Part shown: positions 37,343-48,994 of the stretch, piece by piece
Numbering within the stretch: the first letter of the stretch is position 1
How the letters are laid out: each line of letters opens with the position of its first letter
Source: an uncultured Pseudomonadota bacterium
Lineage (GTDB): Bacteria > Pseudomonadota > Gammaproteobacteria > Steroidobacterales > Steroidobacteraceae
Length of the DNA stretch: 64,000 nt
Direction: 5' to 3'
Assembly (NCBI GenBank): GCA_963809305.1
Contig: CAWEJB010000007.1
Span: 15,098 to 79,097 of the forward strand
Notes under the pieces: model-generated
What the model saw: the letters and a program-made list of their open reading frames with translations, nothing else
Database searches by the model: none
Told to the model about the DNA's origin: nothing
Made by a program: the position numbers and the translations under genes

Positions 37343-38116
37343 TCAGTGCACCCGCCGCTCGGCGGAGCCGAGCGTGAGCACCTCATGGCCCTGATCGGTC
37401 ACCAACACCGTGTGCTCCCACTGGGCCGAAAGCGAGTGGTCCTTGGTGATCACCGTCCACCCATCCGGCAGCAGGCGCACGTGGCGCTTGCCCGCGTTGA
37501 CCATCGGCTCCACGGTGAAGGTCATTCCGGCCTTGAGCTCGAAACCCGTGCCGGGCTCGCCATAGTGGAGGACCTGCGGGTCCTCGTGATAGATGCGTCC
37601 GATGCCGTGGCCGCAGTACTCGCGCACTACCGAGTAATTGTTCTGCTCCACAAAGGTCTGGATGGCGTGGCCGATATCGCCGAGCCGCGTACCGGGACGC
37701 ACCGTCCGGATGCCGCGCCACATGGCCTCGAAGCAGGTCTCGGCGAGCCGCTGTGCGTGCGCGGGCGGCTTGCCGACGAAGTACATGCGGCTGGTGTCGC
37801 CGTGAAACCCGTCTCTGATCACCGTGACGTCGATATTGATGATGTCGCCTGCCTTCAGCCGCTTGTCGTTCGGGATGCCATGGCAGACGACGTGATTGAC
37901 CGAGCTGCAGATGGTCTTCGGAAACCCGCGATAGTTCAGGTTCGCGGGCACCGATCTCTGCACGTCGACGATGTAATCGTGGCAGATGCGGTCGAGCTCA
38001 TCGGTGGTGACCCCGGGCACGACGTACTCGGTGATCATGTCGAGCACATCGGCGGCCAGGCGGCCGGCGATGCGCATCTTTTCCTGCTCTTCGGGGGTTT
38101 TGATGGTCACGTGCAT
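37343..38116 (-). CDS. map: type I methionine aminopeptidase
   Basis: MHVTIKTPEEQEKMRIAGRLAADVL parallels E. coli MAISIKTPEDIEKMRVAGRLAAEVL. Metal ligands are in DIINIDVTV, HGIG and EPMV. Alternative ATG at 38131. Confidence 0.9.
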   Translation of the reverse strand: MHVTIKTPEEQEKMRIAGRLAADVLDMITEYVVPGVTTDELDRICHDYIVDVQRSVPANLNYRGFPKTICSSVNHVVCHGIPNDKRLKAGDIINIDVTVIRDGFHGDTSRMYFVGKPPAHAQRLAETCFEAMWRGIRTVRPGTRLGDIGHAIQTFVEQNNYSVVREYCGHGIGRIYHEDPQVLHYGEPGTGFELKAGMTFTVEPMVNAGKRHVRLLPDGWTVITKDHSLSAQWEHTVLVTDQGHEVLTLGSAERRVH

Positions 38117-38276
38117 GGTGTCTCGAATCATGGTATAAAGCGCCGCCTTTTTTGGCAATTCTCGACGATTAATACACCACACGCACATCGTTAAACCCGC
38201 CGGCTGGGTGTCCTCGCTTTGGCAGAGGATGGCCGCGGGGATGTGCGGAGGCCCAACCCAAACAGGAGATTTCTCC

Positions 38277-39290
38277 ATGTCCGGCGTGTCCATGCGACAG
38301 ATGCTGGAAGCGGGCGTCCATTTTGGACATCAGACCCGCTTCTGGAACCCGAAGATGGCCCCTTTCATCTTCGGTGAGCGTAACAAGATCCACATCATCA
38401 ATCTGGAGAAGACGCAGCCGCTCTATGCGGAAGCGTCCCAGTTCATCAAGGGCGTGGTCGCGGACGGGGGCACAGTGCTCTTCGTCGGCACCAAGCGCTC
38501 CGCCCGCGAGGCGATGCAGAAAGAGGCCGACCGCTCCGGCCAGCCGTTCGTCAACCAGCGCTGGCTGGGGGGCATGCTGACGAACTTCAAGACCATCCGC
38601 CAATCGATCAAGCGGCTGGGCGAGATCACCGAGCTCGCCACCTCCGGCGCCCTCGACAAGCGCGGCAAGAAGGAGGCGACTCAGCTCCGGCGCGAGATGG
38701 AAAAGCTGGAAAGGAGCCTCGGCGGCATCAAGAACATGGAAGGCCTGCCGGATGCGCTCTTCGTCGTCGACGTCGGGCACGAGAAGATCGCCGTCGATGA
38801 GGCGAGGAAGCTTGGCATTCCGGTGGTGGCGATCGTCGACACCAATTGCTCCCCTGATGGGATCGACTACGTGATTCCCGGCAATGACGATGCCATGCGT
38901 GCCATCCACCTCTATGCAGCGGGCGTCGCCGATGCCGTGCTCGAGGGCAAGGAGTCGGTGCCGGCGGTCGCTGTGGGCGAGGACGAGTTCGTGGAGCTCG
39001 ACGAGGCCGGCAATCCGCGCCGCAAGTCCGCGCGCGGTCGCCAGCAGAAGCCCGCGGCCACGGTGCGCAGCAAAAAGGCTCCCCCGCGTCGCCGGCCAGT
39101 GGTGGCGATCAAGGCGCCGGTGGGCGTCGAAGTCCCCGTCCCCGAGGAGCTCGCGGGCGAGGAGGATGATTTGGAAGGCGAGGAGGTCCCGGAGGTTGCC
39201 GCTTCCGGCGGCACGAGCGATAAGGCGGCCGTTCCGGCGCGGCGTCCGAGCGGCGGTGGCGCCGGTCGGCGCAAGGGACGCGGGGACTGA
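38277..39290 (+). CDS. rpsB: 30S ribosomal protein S2 (with a C-terminal extension of about 95 aa)
   Basis: [27 protein letters not shown] parallels E. coli [32 protein letters not shown]-like RBS (caggagat) upstream of ATG 38277. Confidence 0.95.
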   Translation: MSGVSMRQMLEAGVHFGHQTRFWNPKMAPFIFGERNKIHIINLEKTQPLYAEASQFIKGVVADGGTVLFVGTKRSAREAMQKEADRSGQPFVNQRWLGGMLTNFKTIRQSIKRLGEITELATSGALDKRGKKEATQLRREMEKLERSLGGIKNMEGLPDALFVVDVGHEKIAVDEARKLGIPVVAIVDTNCSPDGIDYVIPGNDDAMRAIHLYAAGVADAVLEGKESVPAVAVGEDEFVELDEAGNPRRKSARGRQQKPAATVRSKKAPPRRRPVVAIKAPVGVEVPVPEELAGEEDDLEGEEVPEVAASGGTSDKAAVPARRPSGGGAGRRKGRGD

Positions 39291-39304
39291 CGGGAACACG
39301 ATTC

Positions 39305-40201
39305 ATGAGCATCTCAGCAGACACGGTCAAGCAGCTACGCGAGCGCACGGGCGCCGGCATGATGGAGTGCAAGAAAGCCCTGGTGGAGACCGGGGGCGAT
39401 CTCGACGCGGCCGCGGAGCTCATGCGCAAGCAGGGCCTCGCCAAGGCGGACAAGAAGGCGACGCGTATCGCCGCCGAGGGCGTCATTGCCATCGAGCGCT
39501 CCGCCGATGGCCTGGCGGCCGCGATGGTGGAGGTCAACTGCGAGACCGACTTCGTCGCGCGGGAGCAGGACTTCCGTGCCTTTGCCAAGACGGTGGCGCA
39601 CCGCGCGGTGGCAGACCGCCCGCAGACGCTCGAAGCACTCCTGCAGGCCAAGCTCGGGGGCTCGGAGACCATCGAAGAGCGCAGACGGGCCTTGGTGGCC
39701 AAGATCGGAGAGAACATCAGTGTACGGCGCTTCGCGGTGCTCACCTCGCCGCAACATCTGGGGGCCTACGTCCATGGCACCCGCATTGGAGTGCTGGTCG
39801 CGCTGCAGGGCGGGCATGCGCAGCTCGCGCACGACCTCGCGATGCACGTCGCCGCGAGCAACCCGAAGTACCTCTCCCAGCGCGAGGTGCCGGCGGAAGT
39901 GATCGCCAAGGAGCGCGAGATCCTCAGCGAGCAGGCTCGAGGGGAAGGCAAGCCGCCGGAGATCGTGGCCAAGATGGTCGAGGGACGCTTGCGCAAGTCG
40001 CTGGGGGAGATCACCCTTCTCGGCCAGCCGTTCGTCAAGGATCCGGACATGACCGTTGAGAAGCTGCTGAAAGGCGCTGGCGCGCAGGTGACCGCGTTCG
40101 AGCGCTTCGAGGTCGGCGCCGGCATCGAGAAGAAGCAGGAGGACTTCGTGGCGGAGGTCATGGCCCAGGTGAAGGGCTCCTCCGGCCCGGCCCAGCACTG
40201 A
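39305..40201 (+). CDS. tsf: translation elongation factor Ts
   Basis: [24 protein letters not shown] parallels the E. coli EF-Ts N-terminus. Immediately follows rpsB. Confidence 0.95.
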   Translation: MSISADTVKQLRERTGAGMMECKKALVETGGDLDAAAELMRKQGLAKADKKATRIAAEGVIAIERSADGLAAAMVEVNCETDFVAREQDFRAFAKTVAHRAVADRPQTLEALLQAKLGGSETIEERRRALVAKIGENISVRRFAVLTSPQHLGAYVHGTRIGVLVALQGGHAQLAHDLAMHVAASNPKYLSQREVPAEVIAKEREILSEQARGEGKPPEIVAKMVEGRLRKSLGEITLLGQPFVKDPDMTVEKLLKGAGAQVTAFERFEVGAGIEKKQEDFVAEVMAQVKGSSGPAQH

Positions 40202-40226
40202 CGCCGCGGCAGCCACTCACGAAAAA

Positions 40227-40250
40227 GCCCCGCCCAAGGCGGGGTTTTTT
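40227..40250 (+). terminator. rho-independent terminator after tsf
   Basis: GCCCCGCC-caag-GGCGGGGT followed by TTTTTT, 26 nt after the tsf stop. Confidence 0.75.
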
Positions 40251-40270
40251 CCATCACGACGAGGTTTGGG

Positions 40271-40999
40271 ATGACTGCAAACAATAAGGCGCGCTACTCC
40301 CGCATTCTCGTGAAGCTCTCGGGCGAGGCGCTGCTGGGCCGCACCGACTACGGCATCGATCCGGCGATCCTCAAGCGTATCGCGGGGGAGCTGCAGGACA
40401 TCGTCGGCCTCGGTGTGCAGCTCGCGGTCGTCATCGGCGGCGGCAACATCTTCCGCGGCGCAGGTCTCGCGCGCGCCGGGATGGACCGGGTCGCGGCCGA
40501 TCATATGGGCATGCTCGCCACCGTCATGAACGCGCTCGCGATGCAGGATGCGCTCGAGAGCCTCGGGCTCTATGCGCGCGTGATGTCCGCCATCCGCATC
40601 AACGAGGTCTGCGAGGACTACATCCGCCGCCGCGCCATCCGTCACCTCGAGAAGGGCCGGGTGGTCATCTTTGCCGCGGGAACCGGCAATCCTTTCTTCA
40701 CGACCGACACCGCCGCGGCGTTGCGCGCGATCGAGATCAGTGCCGAAGTGCTGCTCAAGGCCACCAAGGTGAACGGGGTCTATTCCGCCGATCCGGTGCT
40801 GGACCCGACGGCGGTCCGCTACACCCACCTCACCTTCGATCGGGTGCTCACCGACAAGCTCAACGTCATGGACGCGACTGCCGTCGTGATGTGCCGCGAC
40901 AATCACTTGCCTCTGCGGGTCTTCAATCTCAACAATGCCGGCGACCTGACGCGCATCGTGCGCGGCGATGAAGTCGGCACCGCCGTCACCTGCGAGTAG
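40271..40999 (+). CDS. pyrH: UMP kinase
   Basis: [42 protein letters not shown]. Confidence 0.95.
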   Translation: MTANNKARYSRILVKLSGEALLGRTDYGIDPAILKRIAGELQDIVGLGVQLAVVIGGGNIFRGAGLARAGMDRVAADHMGMLATVMNALAMQDALESLGLYARVMSAIRINEVCEDYIRRRAIRHLEKGRVVIFAAGTGNPFFTTDTAAALRAIEISAEVLLKATKVNGVYSADPVLDPTAVRYTHLTFDRVLTDKLNVMDATAVVMCRDNHLPLRVFNLNNAGDLTRIVRGDEVGTAVTCE

Positions 41000-41021
41000 G
41001 GCGCGTCTCGGAGATATGACA

Positions 41022-41579
41022 ATGATCGAAGACATCAAGAAAGACGCTCGTGAGCGCATGGCCAAATGCGTGCAGAACTTCCAGGGCGACCTCAAGAAGC
41101 TGCGCACCGGACGGGCACATCCGAGTTTGGTCGAACACCTCAAGGTCGACTACTACGGCTCGGACGTGCCGCTGCAGCAGGTGGCGAGCATCGCGGTGGA
41201 GGAAGGCCGTACCCTCGTCATTTCGCCCTGGGAAAAGACCGTCGTGCAGGCCATCGAGAAGGCCATCTTCAAGTCGGACCTCGGCCTCACGCCGATGACG
41301 GCCGGCACGGTGATCCGCATCCCGATGCCGCCGCTGACGGAGGAGAGACGCCGCGATATCACCAAGGTGCTGCGGCACGATGCCGAGAGCGCGCGGGTGG
41401 CGGTGCGCAACGTGCGGCGCGACGTCATGACCGATATCAAGGAATTGCTGAAGGAGAAGCTGATCTCGCAGGATGACGAGCGGCGCGCGGAAGGGGAAAT
41501 CCAGAAGCTCACCGACAAGCATGTCGCCGACATCGAACAGCTTCTGGTGGCCAAGGAAAAGGAAGTGATGCAGGTTTGA
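41022..41579 (+). CDS. frr: ribosome recycling factor
   Basis: MIEDIKKDARERMAKCVQNFQ parallels E. coli [21 protein letters not shown]. GGAGA 8 nt upstream of ATG 41022. Confidence 0.95.
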   Translation: MIEDIKKDARERMAKCVQNFQGDLKKLRTGRAHPSLVEHLKVDYYGSDVPLQQVASIAVEEGRTLVISPWEKTVVQAIEKAIFKSDLGLTPMTAGTVIRIPMPPLTEERRRDITKVLRHDAESARVAVRNVRRDVMTDIKELLKEKLISQDDERRAEGEIQKLTDKHVADIEQLLVAKEKEVMQV

Positions 41580-42307
41580 TGTATACCGTGCCCCGGCACA
41601 TCGCGATCACGATGGACGGCAACGGCCGGTGGGCGGCGGCGCGCGGCTTGCCTCGATCGGCTGGTCACAAGGCGGGCCTGACGCCGGTACGCCTCTGCAT
41701 CGAGGAGTGCAGTCGCCTCGGGGTCGAGGCGTTGACGCTCTTCGCCTTCTCGAGCGAGAACTGGTCGCGGCCGGCGGAGGAGGTGGCGAGCCTGATGGGC
41801 CTGTTCTTCGAGGCGGTGGATCGCGAGATCGCCGAGCTGCACCGGCAGGGCGTGCGGGTGCGTTTCATCGGCAACCGACAGCGACTGTCCGTGCGGCTGC
41901 AGGCGCAGATTGCCGGCGCGGAGCAGCACACCGCCGGCAACACGGGACTGAAGTTGCAGGTGGCGGTGAGCTATGGCGGCCGCTGGGACATCGTGCAGGC
42001 GGCTCGCGAGCTCGCCGGCCGGTGCGTGACGGGCGCGCTGCGGCCCGACGATATCGACGAGGAGCGCTTCGGCGCGGCGCTGGAGCTCGGCGGACTGCCG
42101 GACGCGGATCTGCTGATCCGCACCGGCGGCGAGCGGCGGATCAGTAATTTCCTGCTGTGGAATATCGCCTACGCGGAGCTCTATTTCAGCGATCGACTGT
42201 GGCCGGATTTCGACAAGGCGGAGCTGTCGGCCGCGCTCGAGTTCTTCGCGGGCCGCGAGCGGCGCTTCGGCCTCACCACCGGACAAATGAAAGCGCGAGA
42301 CCCGTGA
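41579..42307 (+). CDS. uppS: isoprenyl transferase (undecaprenyl-diphosphate synthase)
   Basis: PRHIAITMDGNGRWA, LTLFAFSSENWSRP, IRTGGERRISNFLLW. Confidence 0.9.
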   Translation: MYTVPRHIAITMDGNGRWAAARGLPRSAGHKAGLTPVRLCIEECSRLGVEALTLFAFSSENWSRPAEEVASLMGLFFEAVDREIAELHRQGVRVRFIGNRQRLSVRLQAQIAGAEQHTAGNTGLKLQVAVSYGGRWDIVQAARELAGRCVTGALRPDDIDEERFGAALELGGLPDADLLIRTGGERRISNFLLWNIAYAELYFSDRLWPDFDKAELSAALEFFAGRERRFGLTTGQMKARDP

Positions 42308-43116
42308 GCGAGTCACTGCGCAAACGAGTTGCCACTGCCGCCGTCCTGATTACGCTATTGCTCGCGGTGCTGTTCTGGCTGCCCGCGGTGGCGACGGTGG
42401 CGGTCCTGACCCTGGTGGTGCTGATGGGGGCGTGGGAGTGGTCGGCCTTCCTCAAGTGGACCGACCTGCGGGCGCGCGGCGCGTACGTAGCGCTCGTCGC
42501 CATCCTCTTGCCCGCCGCGTGGCTCCTGACCCGCACCCCGTCCGGCCTCCAGACCCTGCTCGGGCTCGCGCTCCTTTGGTGGCTGGTGGCACTGGCATGG
42601 ATTCTGATCGCGCCGCGGCGCGTGCGGCCCTGGTCGGCCGGTCTCGCCGGACTCCTGTCCCTGGTGCCGGCGTGGCTGGCGCTGACGCGCCTGCGGCTCG
42701 AGGCCCGGCACGGCGCGGAATGGGTGCTCTTTTCCCTGGTACTCGTCTGGGTGGCCGATATAGGCGCTTATTTCTGCGGCCGGCGGTTTGGCCGGCGGCG
42801 TCTCGCTCCCGCTGTTTCGCCCGGTAAAACGTGGGAGGGCGCGCTCGGCGGGCTTGCTGCGAGTGGCATCGTCGCGCTCATCGGCAGCGTCTGGTTCCGG
42901 CTGCCGCTCGCGCCTTTCTTGGGGCTCTGCCTGGCGGCGGTGGCCTTCTCCATCGTCGGTGACCTGACCGAAAGTCTGCTGAAGCGCTTCGCGGGGCTGA
43001 AGGACAGCGGTACGCTCTTTCCCGGGCACGGCGGCGTGATGGACCGTATCGACAGCGTCACGGGCGCCGTCCCCGTGCTGCTGCTCGGCCTCACTTTTCT
43101 AGGAGTCCTGCCATGA
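42304..43116 (+). CDS. cdsA: phosphatidate cytidylyltransferase
   Basis: GTG 42304 in a GTGA overlap with uppS. Multi-TM protein. Signature [28 protein letters not shown]. Confidence 0.9.
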   Translation: MSESLRKRVATAAVLITLLLAVLFWLPAVATVAVLTLVVLMGAWEWSAFLKWTDLRARGAYVALVAILLPAAWLLTRTPSGLQTLLGLALLWWLVALAWILIAPRRVRPWSAGLAGLLSLVPAWLALTRLRLEARHGAEWVLFSLVLVWVADIGAYFCGRRFGRRRLAPAVSPGKTWEGALGGLAASGIVALIGSVWFRLPLAPFLGLCLAAVAFSIVGDLTESLLKRFAGLKDSGTLFPGHGGVMDRIDSVTGAVPVLLLGLTFLGVLP

Positions 43117-44330
43117 TCGGTGTGGTCGTCTTGGGTTCTACCGGTTCCGTCGGCGAGAGCACCCTCGATGTGCTTGCGCGCCACCCCGATCGCTTCCGCC
43201 TGGTGGCGCTCGGCGCCAACCGCAATGTCGACAAGCTGGCGGAGCAGATCCGTCGCTTCCGGCCCGCGTACGCGGCGATGGCCGATGAAACGGCCGCGGG
43301 TGAGCTCGTCGCCGAGCTAGGTCCCGCTGCGCGTGCGACCCGCGTGCTGGCGGGAGTTGGGGCACTGACGGAGATCGCGACGCTGCCGGAAGCCGAGTGC
43401 GTCATGGCCGCCATCGTGGGCGCCGCGGGGCTGAGCTCGACGCTTGCCGCTGCGCGCGCCGGCAAGCGCCTGCTACTCGCGAACAAGGAATCGCTCGTGA
43501 TGTCGGGACCGCTGCTGATGGATGCCGTGCGCGAGAGTGGCGCCACACTGTTGCCGATCGACAGCGAGCACAATGCCATCTTCCAATGCCTGCCGGCGGG
43601 CTCGCGGACTGGCGCGACTCCGAAGGGCGTGCGCCGCATTCTCCTCACGGCCTCCGGCGGTCCGTTTCGCGACTGGCAGGCGGACGCCATCGCCGCGGCA
43701 ACTCCCGAGGCGGCCTGCGCTCATCCCAACTGGGTGATGGGCCGGAAGATCTCGGTCGACTCTGCAACCCTGATGAACAAGGGGCTCGAGCTCATCGAAG
43801 CGTGCTTTCTCTTTGCGCTGACGCCCGACCGCGTCGAGATCGTCGTTCATCCACAGAGCATCATCCATTCGCTGGTCGAGTACCTCGACGGCTCGCTGCT
43901 GGCGCAGCTCGGCTCGCCGGACATGCGCACGCCGATCGCCTGTGCGCTCTCCTGGCCCGAAAGAATGGCTTCCGGTGTAGAATTCCTCGATCTGGTGAAA
44001 ACCTCGCGGCTCGATTTCCGCGCCCCGGACCCGCAAAAATTCCGCTGCCTGGCGCTGGCGCAGGCGGCGGCGCAGGCCGGTGGGCTGACTCCGGTCGCCC
44101 TGAATGCCGCCAACGAGGTCGCCGTCCACGCGTTTCTGGAGCGCCGATTGAACTTTCCCGGCATCGCCGCAGTCATTGAAGAGGTGGTCACAAGGTGTCC
44201 CGCGGGGGCTATAGGCGGGCTCGACGATGTGCTAGCGGCCGACGCAGAGGCCAGGCGGCTCGCGTCCGAGCGCATTGACGGCGGGCTGTGTGCGGCCGGG
44301 GGGCGCTCGCTCGAGGGCGCGCGGGTATGA
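43113..44330 (+). CDS. dxr: 1-deoxy-D-xylulose-5-phosphate reductoisomerase
   Basis: [47 protein letters not shown]. Confidence 0.95.
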   Translation: MIGVVVLGSTGSVGESTLDVLARHPDRFRLVALGANRNVDKLAEQIRRFRPAYAAMADETAAGELVAELGPAARATRVLAGVGALTEIATLPEAECVMAAIVGAAGLSSTLAAARAGKRLLLANKESLVMSGPLLMDAVRESGATLLPIDSEHNAIFQCLPAGSRTGATPKGVRRILLTASGGPFRDWQADAIAAATPEAACAHPNWVMGRKISVDSATLMNKGLELIEACFLFALTPDRVEIVVHPQSIIHSLVEYLDGSLLAQLGSPDMRTPIACALSWPERMASGVEFLDLVKTSRLDFRAPDPQKFRCLALAQAAAQAGGLTPVALNAANEVAVHAFLERRLNFPGIAAVIEEVVTRCPAGAIGGLDDVLAADAEARRLASERIDGGLCAAGGRSLEGARV

Positions 44331-45706
44331 GCGTCGTCTGGTACACACTGTGGTTCGTCATTGCCGTCGGCCTGCTGGTCACTATTCACGAGTTCGGCCA
44401 TTTCTGGGTCGCGCGCCGGCTCGGCTTCAAGGTCTTGAGGTTCTCGGTCGGCTTCGGACAGCCGTTGTGGTCGCGACGGATCGGAGCGGATCGGACCGAG
44501 ATCGCCATCGCGCCCATCCCGCTCGGCGGTTACGTGAAGCTGCTCGACGAGCGCGAAGGCCCGGTGCCGCCCGAGGACCTGTCACGGTCCTTCACGCGCA
44601 AGCACCCCCTGCTGCGCATCCTGGTGCTGCTGGCGGGGCCCGGTTTCAACATTCTGTTCGCCATCCTGGTGCTCGCCGGCATCATGTGGGCGAGCGGCAT
44701 TACTCAGTATCTACCTGTGGTGGGCGATGTGACCGCCGGCTCGATCGCGGCGCATGCGGGACTGCACTCCGACGACGTCATCATTGCGCTCAATGGCTCG
44801 AGCGTCACCGAGCAGCAGGATGTGCTCTTTGGCCTGCTCGATGCCATGAGCTCGCGCGGCGATGCGGACCTGACGGTGCGCGAGAGCAATGGGGCGATCC
44901 GCCACGTCGATCTCGAGGTCGGCAACGCCGCGACTCGTCGTCGCCTCACCCAGCCCGAGGAGCTATTCACCGGCCTGGGCTTTCAGTTCTGGGAGCCGCC
45001 GATTCCGCCTGTGCTTTCCCATGTGTCAGCCGATGGTCCCGCGGCGCGTGCGGGATTGCAGGCGGGCGATCGCATCCTGTCCGTCAACGGGCAGGCGGTG
45101 AAGGATTTCGACGATGTCGTCACACAGGTCACTCCCCATCCGGGTGGCACCATCAGCTTGACGTTCGCGCACGGTGCACAGATGCACACGGTGCAGGTGG
45201 AGGTCGCGAGCGACGAGGTCAACGGAAAATTCGTAGGCCGCATCGAGGCGGAGGGCCAGCTGCCGGCGGACATTCCCTACCCGCCCAGCATGGTGCGGCA
45301 CCTGAGCGTGTCGCCCGTTGCGGCCCTGGGACGCGCTACCGAGGAAGCGTGGCAGATGACCGCGCTGCAGGGAACGCTGTTCTGGCGCATGATGCTCGGC
45401 CAGGTATCGCTGCGGAATCTGAGCGGGCCGGTGTCGATCGCCGAATACGCCGGCCAGTCGGCGAGCCAGGGAGCCGGCGCGTTCCTCGATTTCCTGGTGC
45501 TGATCTCGCTGTCGCTCGGGTTCCTGAACCTGCTCCCCATTCCCATCCTCGACGGCGGCCAGATCGTTTTTCAGCTGGTCGAGTGGGTGAAGGGCAGCCC
45601 GATGTCGGACCGGGCGCAGGCCTACGGGCAGCAAGTGGGGATCGCGCTGCTGATCCTCCTCATGGGGGTAGCGCTCTTCAACGATATCGCGCGCCAGTTC
45701 AGTTAG
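44327..45706 (+). CDS. rseP: RIP zinc metalloprotease RseP
   Basis: ATGA overlap with dxr. [10 protein letters not shown] zinc motif, PDZ regions, C-terminal [11 protein letters not shown]. Confidence 0.9.
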   Translation: MSVVWYTLWFVIAVGLLVTIHEFGHFWVARRLGFKVLRFSVGFGQPLWSRRIGADRTEIAIAPIPLGGYVKLLDEREGPVPPEDLSRSFTRKHPLLRILVLLAGPGFNILFAILVLAGIMWASGITQYLPVVGDVTAGSIAAHAGLHSDDVIIALNGSSVTEQQDVLFGLLDAMSSRGDADLTVRESNGAIRHVDLEVGNAATRRRLTQPEELFTGLGFQFWEPPIPPVLSHVSADGPAARAGLQAGDRILSVNGQAVKDFDDVVTQVTPHPGGTISLTFAHGAQMHTVQVEVASDEVNGKFVGRIEAEGQLPADIPYPPSMVRHLSVSPVAALGRATEEAWQMTALQGTLFWRMMLGQVSLRNLSGPVSIAEYAGQSASQGAGAFLDFLVLISLSLGFLNLLPIPILDGGQIVFQLVEWVKGSPMSDRAQAYGQQVGIALLILLMGVALFNDIARQFS

Positions 45707-45855
45707 AGTTTTAGTGAGTGCAGGCGGACCCCTGAAAGGTCCGTACGTCTCCGCCGCGGCGCGGTCGTCGTGGCGAGCGGGGGTGGATTTTTGCGTGATC
45801 GATGCAACAGTTGGGGCCGGAAGAGCCCGAAAGTGATGAAGTTGGATACTAGAAC

Positions 45856-48309
45856 ATGAAGCCTCGCGTTGTGCTGCTGGCCGCGGCCGCATTGGCCGTC
45901 CATTCGACGCTGGCGCTGGCGCAGGCCCAGATCGCGTCCACGGACTCGACCTTCACCGTCGGCGACATCAGGGTGGAGGGACTGCAGCGCATTTCCGAGG
46001 GCACGATATTCAACTATCTGCCGGTGAACATCGGCGATCACCTGACGGCGCAGCGGGTGCGCGAGGCCATTCGCGCCCTCTACGCCACCGGCTTCTTCCG
46101 TGACGTGGAGCTGCGTCGCGAGGGCAATACGCTGATCGTGGTGGTGCTGGAGCGGCCCTCGATCGAGAGCTTCACCATCTCCGGTAACAAGGACATCAAG
46201 ACCGACGAGCTGCAGAAATCGCTGCGCAACATCGGGCTCGCGCCCGGCAAGGTCTTCGACCGCTCCGTGCTCGAGGATGTGACGCAATCGCTCACCGACG
46301 AGTACTACAGCCGCGGCAAGTACGGCGTCGAGATCGATAACACCGTCACCTCGGATACCGACAACAGAGTCAAGATCGCGATCAAGATTCGCGAGGGTGA
46401 CCGGGCGGTGATCCGCTCCATCAACATCGTGGGCGACACCAAGTTCAAGCAGAAGGACGTGCTGCAGGGCTTCCAGTTGAAGACCCCGAACTGGCTCTCC
46501 TGGTACAAGCAGGACGACCGCTACTCGCGCGAGACGCTGCAGGGCGATCTCGAGCGGCTACGCGATTACTACATGGACCGTGGTTACGCCAACTTCCAGA
46601 TCAACTCCACCCAGGTGCAGATCACGCCCGAGAAGAACGACATCTTCATCGATGTCAACATCACCGAGGGGCGGGTCTACACGATCTCGAGCGTGAAGCT
46701 GGCGGGCATCTTCGTCGTGCCGAAGCCGGAGCTCGAGCAGTTGGTCGAGATCCAGCCGGGGGAGATCTTCAACCGCAAGCTCATCACCGCGACCCAGAAG
46801 CTGATCCAGGACCGCCTCGGCGAGGACGGTTACGCTTTCGCCAAGGTCGATCCGGTGCCGACACCCGACGACGGCAATCACACGGTTGCGCTCACTTTCT
46901 TCATCGACCCGGGCAACCGTGTCTACGTGCGCAACATCATCTTTTCCGATGAGACCTCGATCAACGACGTGGTGCTGCGCCGCGAGATGCGCCAGCTCGA
47001 GGGCGCGTGGCTCTCCAACGTCGCGCTGGAGCGCTCCAAGCAGCGTATCCAGAGGCTGCCTTACGTCAAGGATGTGAGTTACTCGACGACGCCGGTTGCG
47101 GGGTCACCCGATCAGGTGGACGTCAACTACAAGATCACGCAGGGACCGGCGGCCCAGCTCTCGGGCGGCATCGGCTATTCGGCGACCTACAAGCTCATGC
47201 TGAACGCGAACTACGCGGATGCCGACTTCCTCGGCACCGGCAACCGCTTCGCGGTCGACCTTTCGGGCGGCGCCTACAACAAGACCTACAACGTCACGTA
47301 CACGAATCCGTACATCACTCAGAACGGAGTCGGGCAGACTTGGTCGGTGACTTACAGCGACGTCACGCAGTTCGTCTCTTCCTCGTCGAACTTCTCCTCC
47401 AAGACGCTCAGCCTGGGCCCGACCTGGAGCTATCCGATCTCCGAGTTCCAGTTCCTGCAGTTCGGCACCGTCTTCCAGAGCTCGCAGCTGCTCACCACCT
47501 CCTATAGCAGCGCCCAGCAGGCGAACGAGTGGGTGTTGGAGAACGGCCACTCGTACACGCGCCTGGTGCACGAGGACTACTCCAACAACGATTACGAGCT
47601 CTACGGCACCGACTTCAATAACGTAATGTTGGTCGCCGGCTGGGGCATCGACTCGCGCAACCGCTCGCTGTTCGCCGATCGCGGCAACCGTACCGCGATC
47701 TCCGCGCGCATCACCGTTCCCGGAAGCATAGTGCAGTACTACATTGGGGACTTCAGCTTCCAGCAGTACGTGCCGGTCTGGCCCGATCACCTGACCTTCT
47801 CGTTCTTCGACAGCGTGGATTACGGCGGTGCGTTCGGCAAGACGACGGCCATTCCGCCCTTCTCGCAGCTCTTTGGCGGTGGCCCGGACTCGGTGCGCGG
47901 CTTCCGCGAGGACTGGCTCGGGCCGCGCGACAACTTCGGCAACCCCTACGGCGGCAACTTCCGCATCACCAGCCAGAACGAGCTCATTCTGCCGATGCCG
48001 GCGAAGTGGCGGCAGAGCGCCCGGGTGAGCCTCTTCTTCGACATGGGTAACGTCTTCTACACCGGCAACAAGATCCAGTTCTACGGGCCGGACGGGGTGA
48101 CACAGGTGAACTACCACATGGACGGCTGGGGCGACCTCAAACGCTCGGTGGGTCTCGCCGTCCAGTGGCTGGCGCCGCTGGGGCTCTTCCGGTTCAGCTT
48201 CGGTGTGCCGCTGAACGCCAAGCACAGCACCCTGTGCGGAGCCGGCAACAGCTGTACCTGGGGAGATCAAACCGAGGGGTTCCAGTTCTCCGTAGGCAAT
48301 GCCTTCTAA
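45856..48309 (+). CDS. bamA: outer membrane protein assembly factor BamA
   Basis: 817 aa. Signal peptide, POTRA repeats (IRVEGLQRISEGTI...), C-terminal beta-barrel ending in ..FQFSVGNAF. Confidence 0.95.
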   Translation: MKPRVVLLAAAALAVHSTLALAQAQIASTDSTFTVGDIRVEGLQRISEGTIFNYLPVNIGDHLTAQRVREAIRALYATGFFRDVELRREGNTLIVVVLERPSIESFTISGNKDIKTDELQKSLRNIGLAPGKVFDRSVLEDVTQSLTDEYYSRGKYGVEIDNTVTSDTDNRVKIAIKIREGDRAVIRSINIVGDTKFKQKDVLQGFQLKTPNWLSWYKQDDRYSRETLQGDLERLRDYYMDRGYANFQINSTQVQITPEKNDIFIDVNITEGRVYTISSVKLAGIFVVPKPELEQLVEIQPGEIFNRKLITATQKLIQDRLGEDGYAFAKVDPVPTPDDGNHTVALTFFIDPGNRVYVRNIIFSDETSINDVVLRREMRQLEGAWLSNVALERSKQRIQRLPYVKDVSYSTTPVAGSPDQVDVNYKITQGPAAQLSGGIGYSATYKLMLNANYADADFLGTGNRFAVDLSGGAYNKTYNVTYTNPYITQNGVGQTWSVTYSDVTQFVSSSSNFSSKTLSLGPTWSYPISEFQFLQFGTVFQSSQLLTTSYSSAQQANEWVLENGHSYTRLVHEDYSNNDYELYGTDFNNVMLVAGWGIDSRNRSLFADRGNRTAISARITVPGSIVQYYIGDFSFQQYVPVWPDHLTFSFFDSVDYGGAFGKTTAIPPFSQLFGGGPDSVRGFREDWLGPRDNFGNPYGGNFRITSQNELILPMPAKWRQSARVSLFFDMGNVFYTGNKIQFYGPDGVTQVNYHMDGWGDLKRSVGLAVQWLAPLGLFRFSFGVPLNAKHSTLCGAGNSCTWGDQTEGFQFSVGNAF

Positions 48310-48376
48310 GGGAATGCTATTATTGCTGGCTTGGCCGCTTTAGACGGCGTTCGATCATAATCTGAGGTGGGTTTCC

Positions 48377-48958
48377 GTGAAGCGCTTGATCAGGTTGAAC
48401 TTTGGGGTTTGCAGGGTGGCGATTGCGGCGGGGCTCGCGATGGCGCTGGCCGGAGCGGTCATCGCGCCGGCGCAGGCGCAGGGGGCGGCTCTCAGGGTCG
48501 CTTATGTGAACTACAGCCAGCTGATACAGGAATCGCCGCAGGCACAGTCTGCCGTGGCGCAGCTGCGCGCTGAGTTCGAGCCCAAGCAGCGCAATTTGCA
48601 GGCCGAGGCCAGCGAGCTCAAAGCCCGGGAGGATACGCTCAAGAAGAACGAGGCCACCATGACGCAGGACCAGCGCGATCAGGCGGAACTCGATCTTCGG
48701 GAGCGGTATCAGGATCTCTCCCGCAAGCAGAGCGAGATCCAGGACGACGTCAACACCCGCCGCAACGAGCTGATGTCGGAGCTGCAGCGCACCCTGGTGC
48801 AGGTCGTGCAGAACTACGCCAAGCAGCAACGGTATAACCTCGTGCTTGCCGATGGGGTCATCTACGCCGACACGACGCTCGACATCACACCGGCGATCCT
48901 CTCGGCCCTGAAGTCACAGGCGCCGGCCGCGCGCCGTGCCCCGGCCCGCAGCAAGTAG
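48377..48958 (+). CDS. skp: OmpH/Skp family periplasmic chaperone
   Basis: Signal peptide, then RVAYVNYSQLIQESPQA..LRAEFEPKQRNLQ coiled-coil pattern. Canonical position after bamA. Confidence 0.8.
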   Translation: MKRLIRLNFGVCRVAIAAGLAMALAGAVIAPAQAQGAALRVAYVNYSQLIQESPQAQSAVAQLRAEFEPKQRNLQAEASELKAREDTLKKNEATMTQDQRDQAELDLRERYQDLSRKQSEIQDDVNTRRNELMSELQRTLVQVVQNYAKQQRYNLVLADGVIYADTTLDITPAILSALKSQAPAARRAPARSK

Positions 48959-48994
48959 ACAGAGTACGGCGCGGACGCCGCGGCCCGCTCCTCC

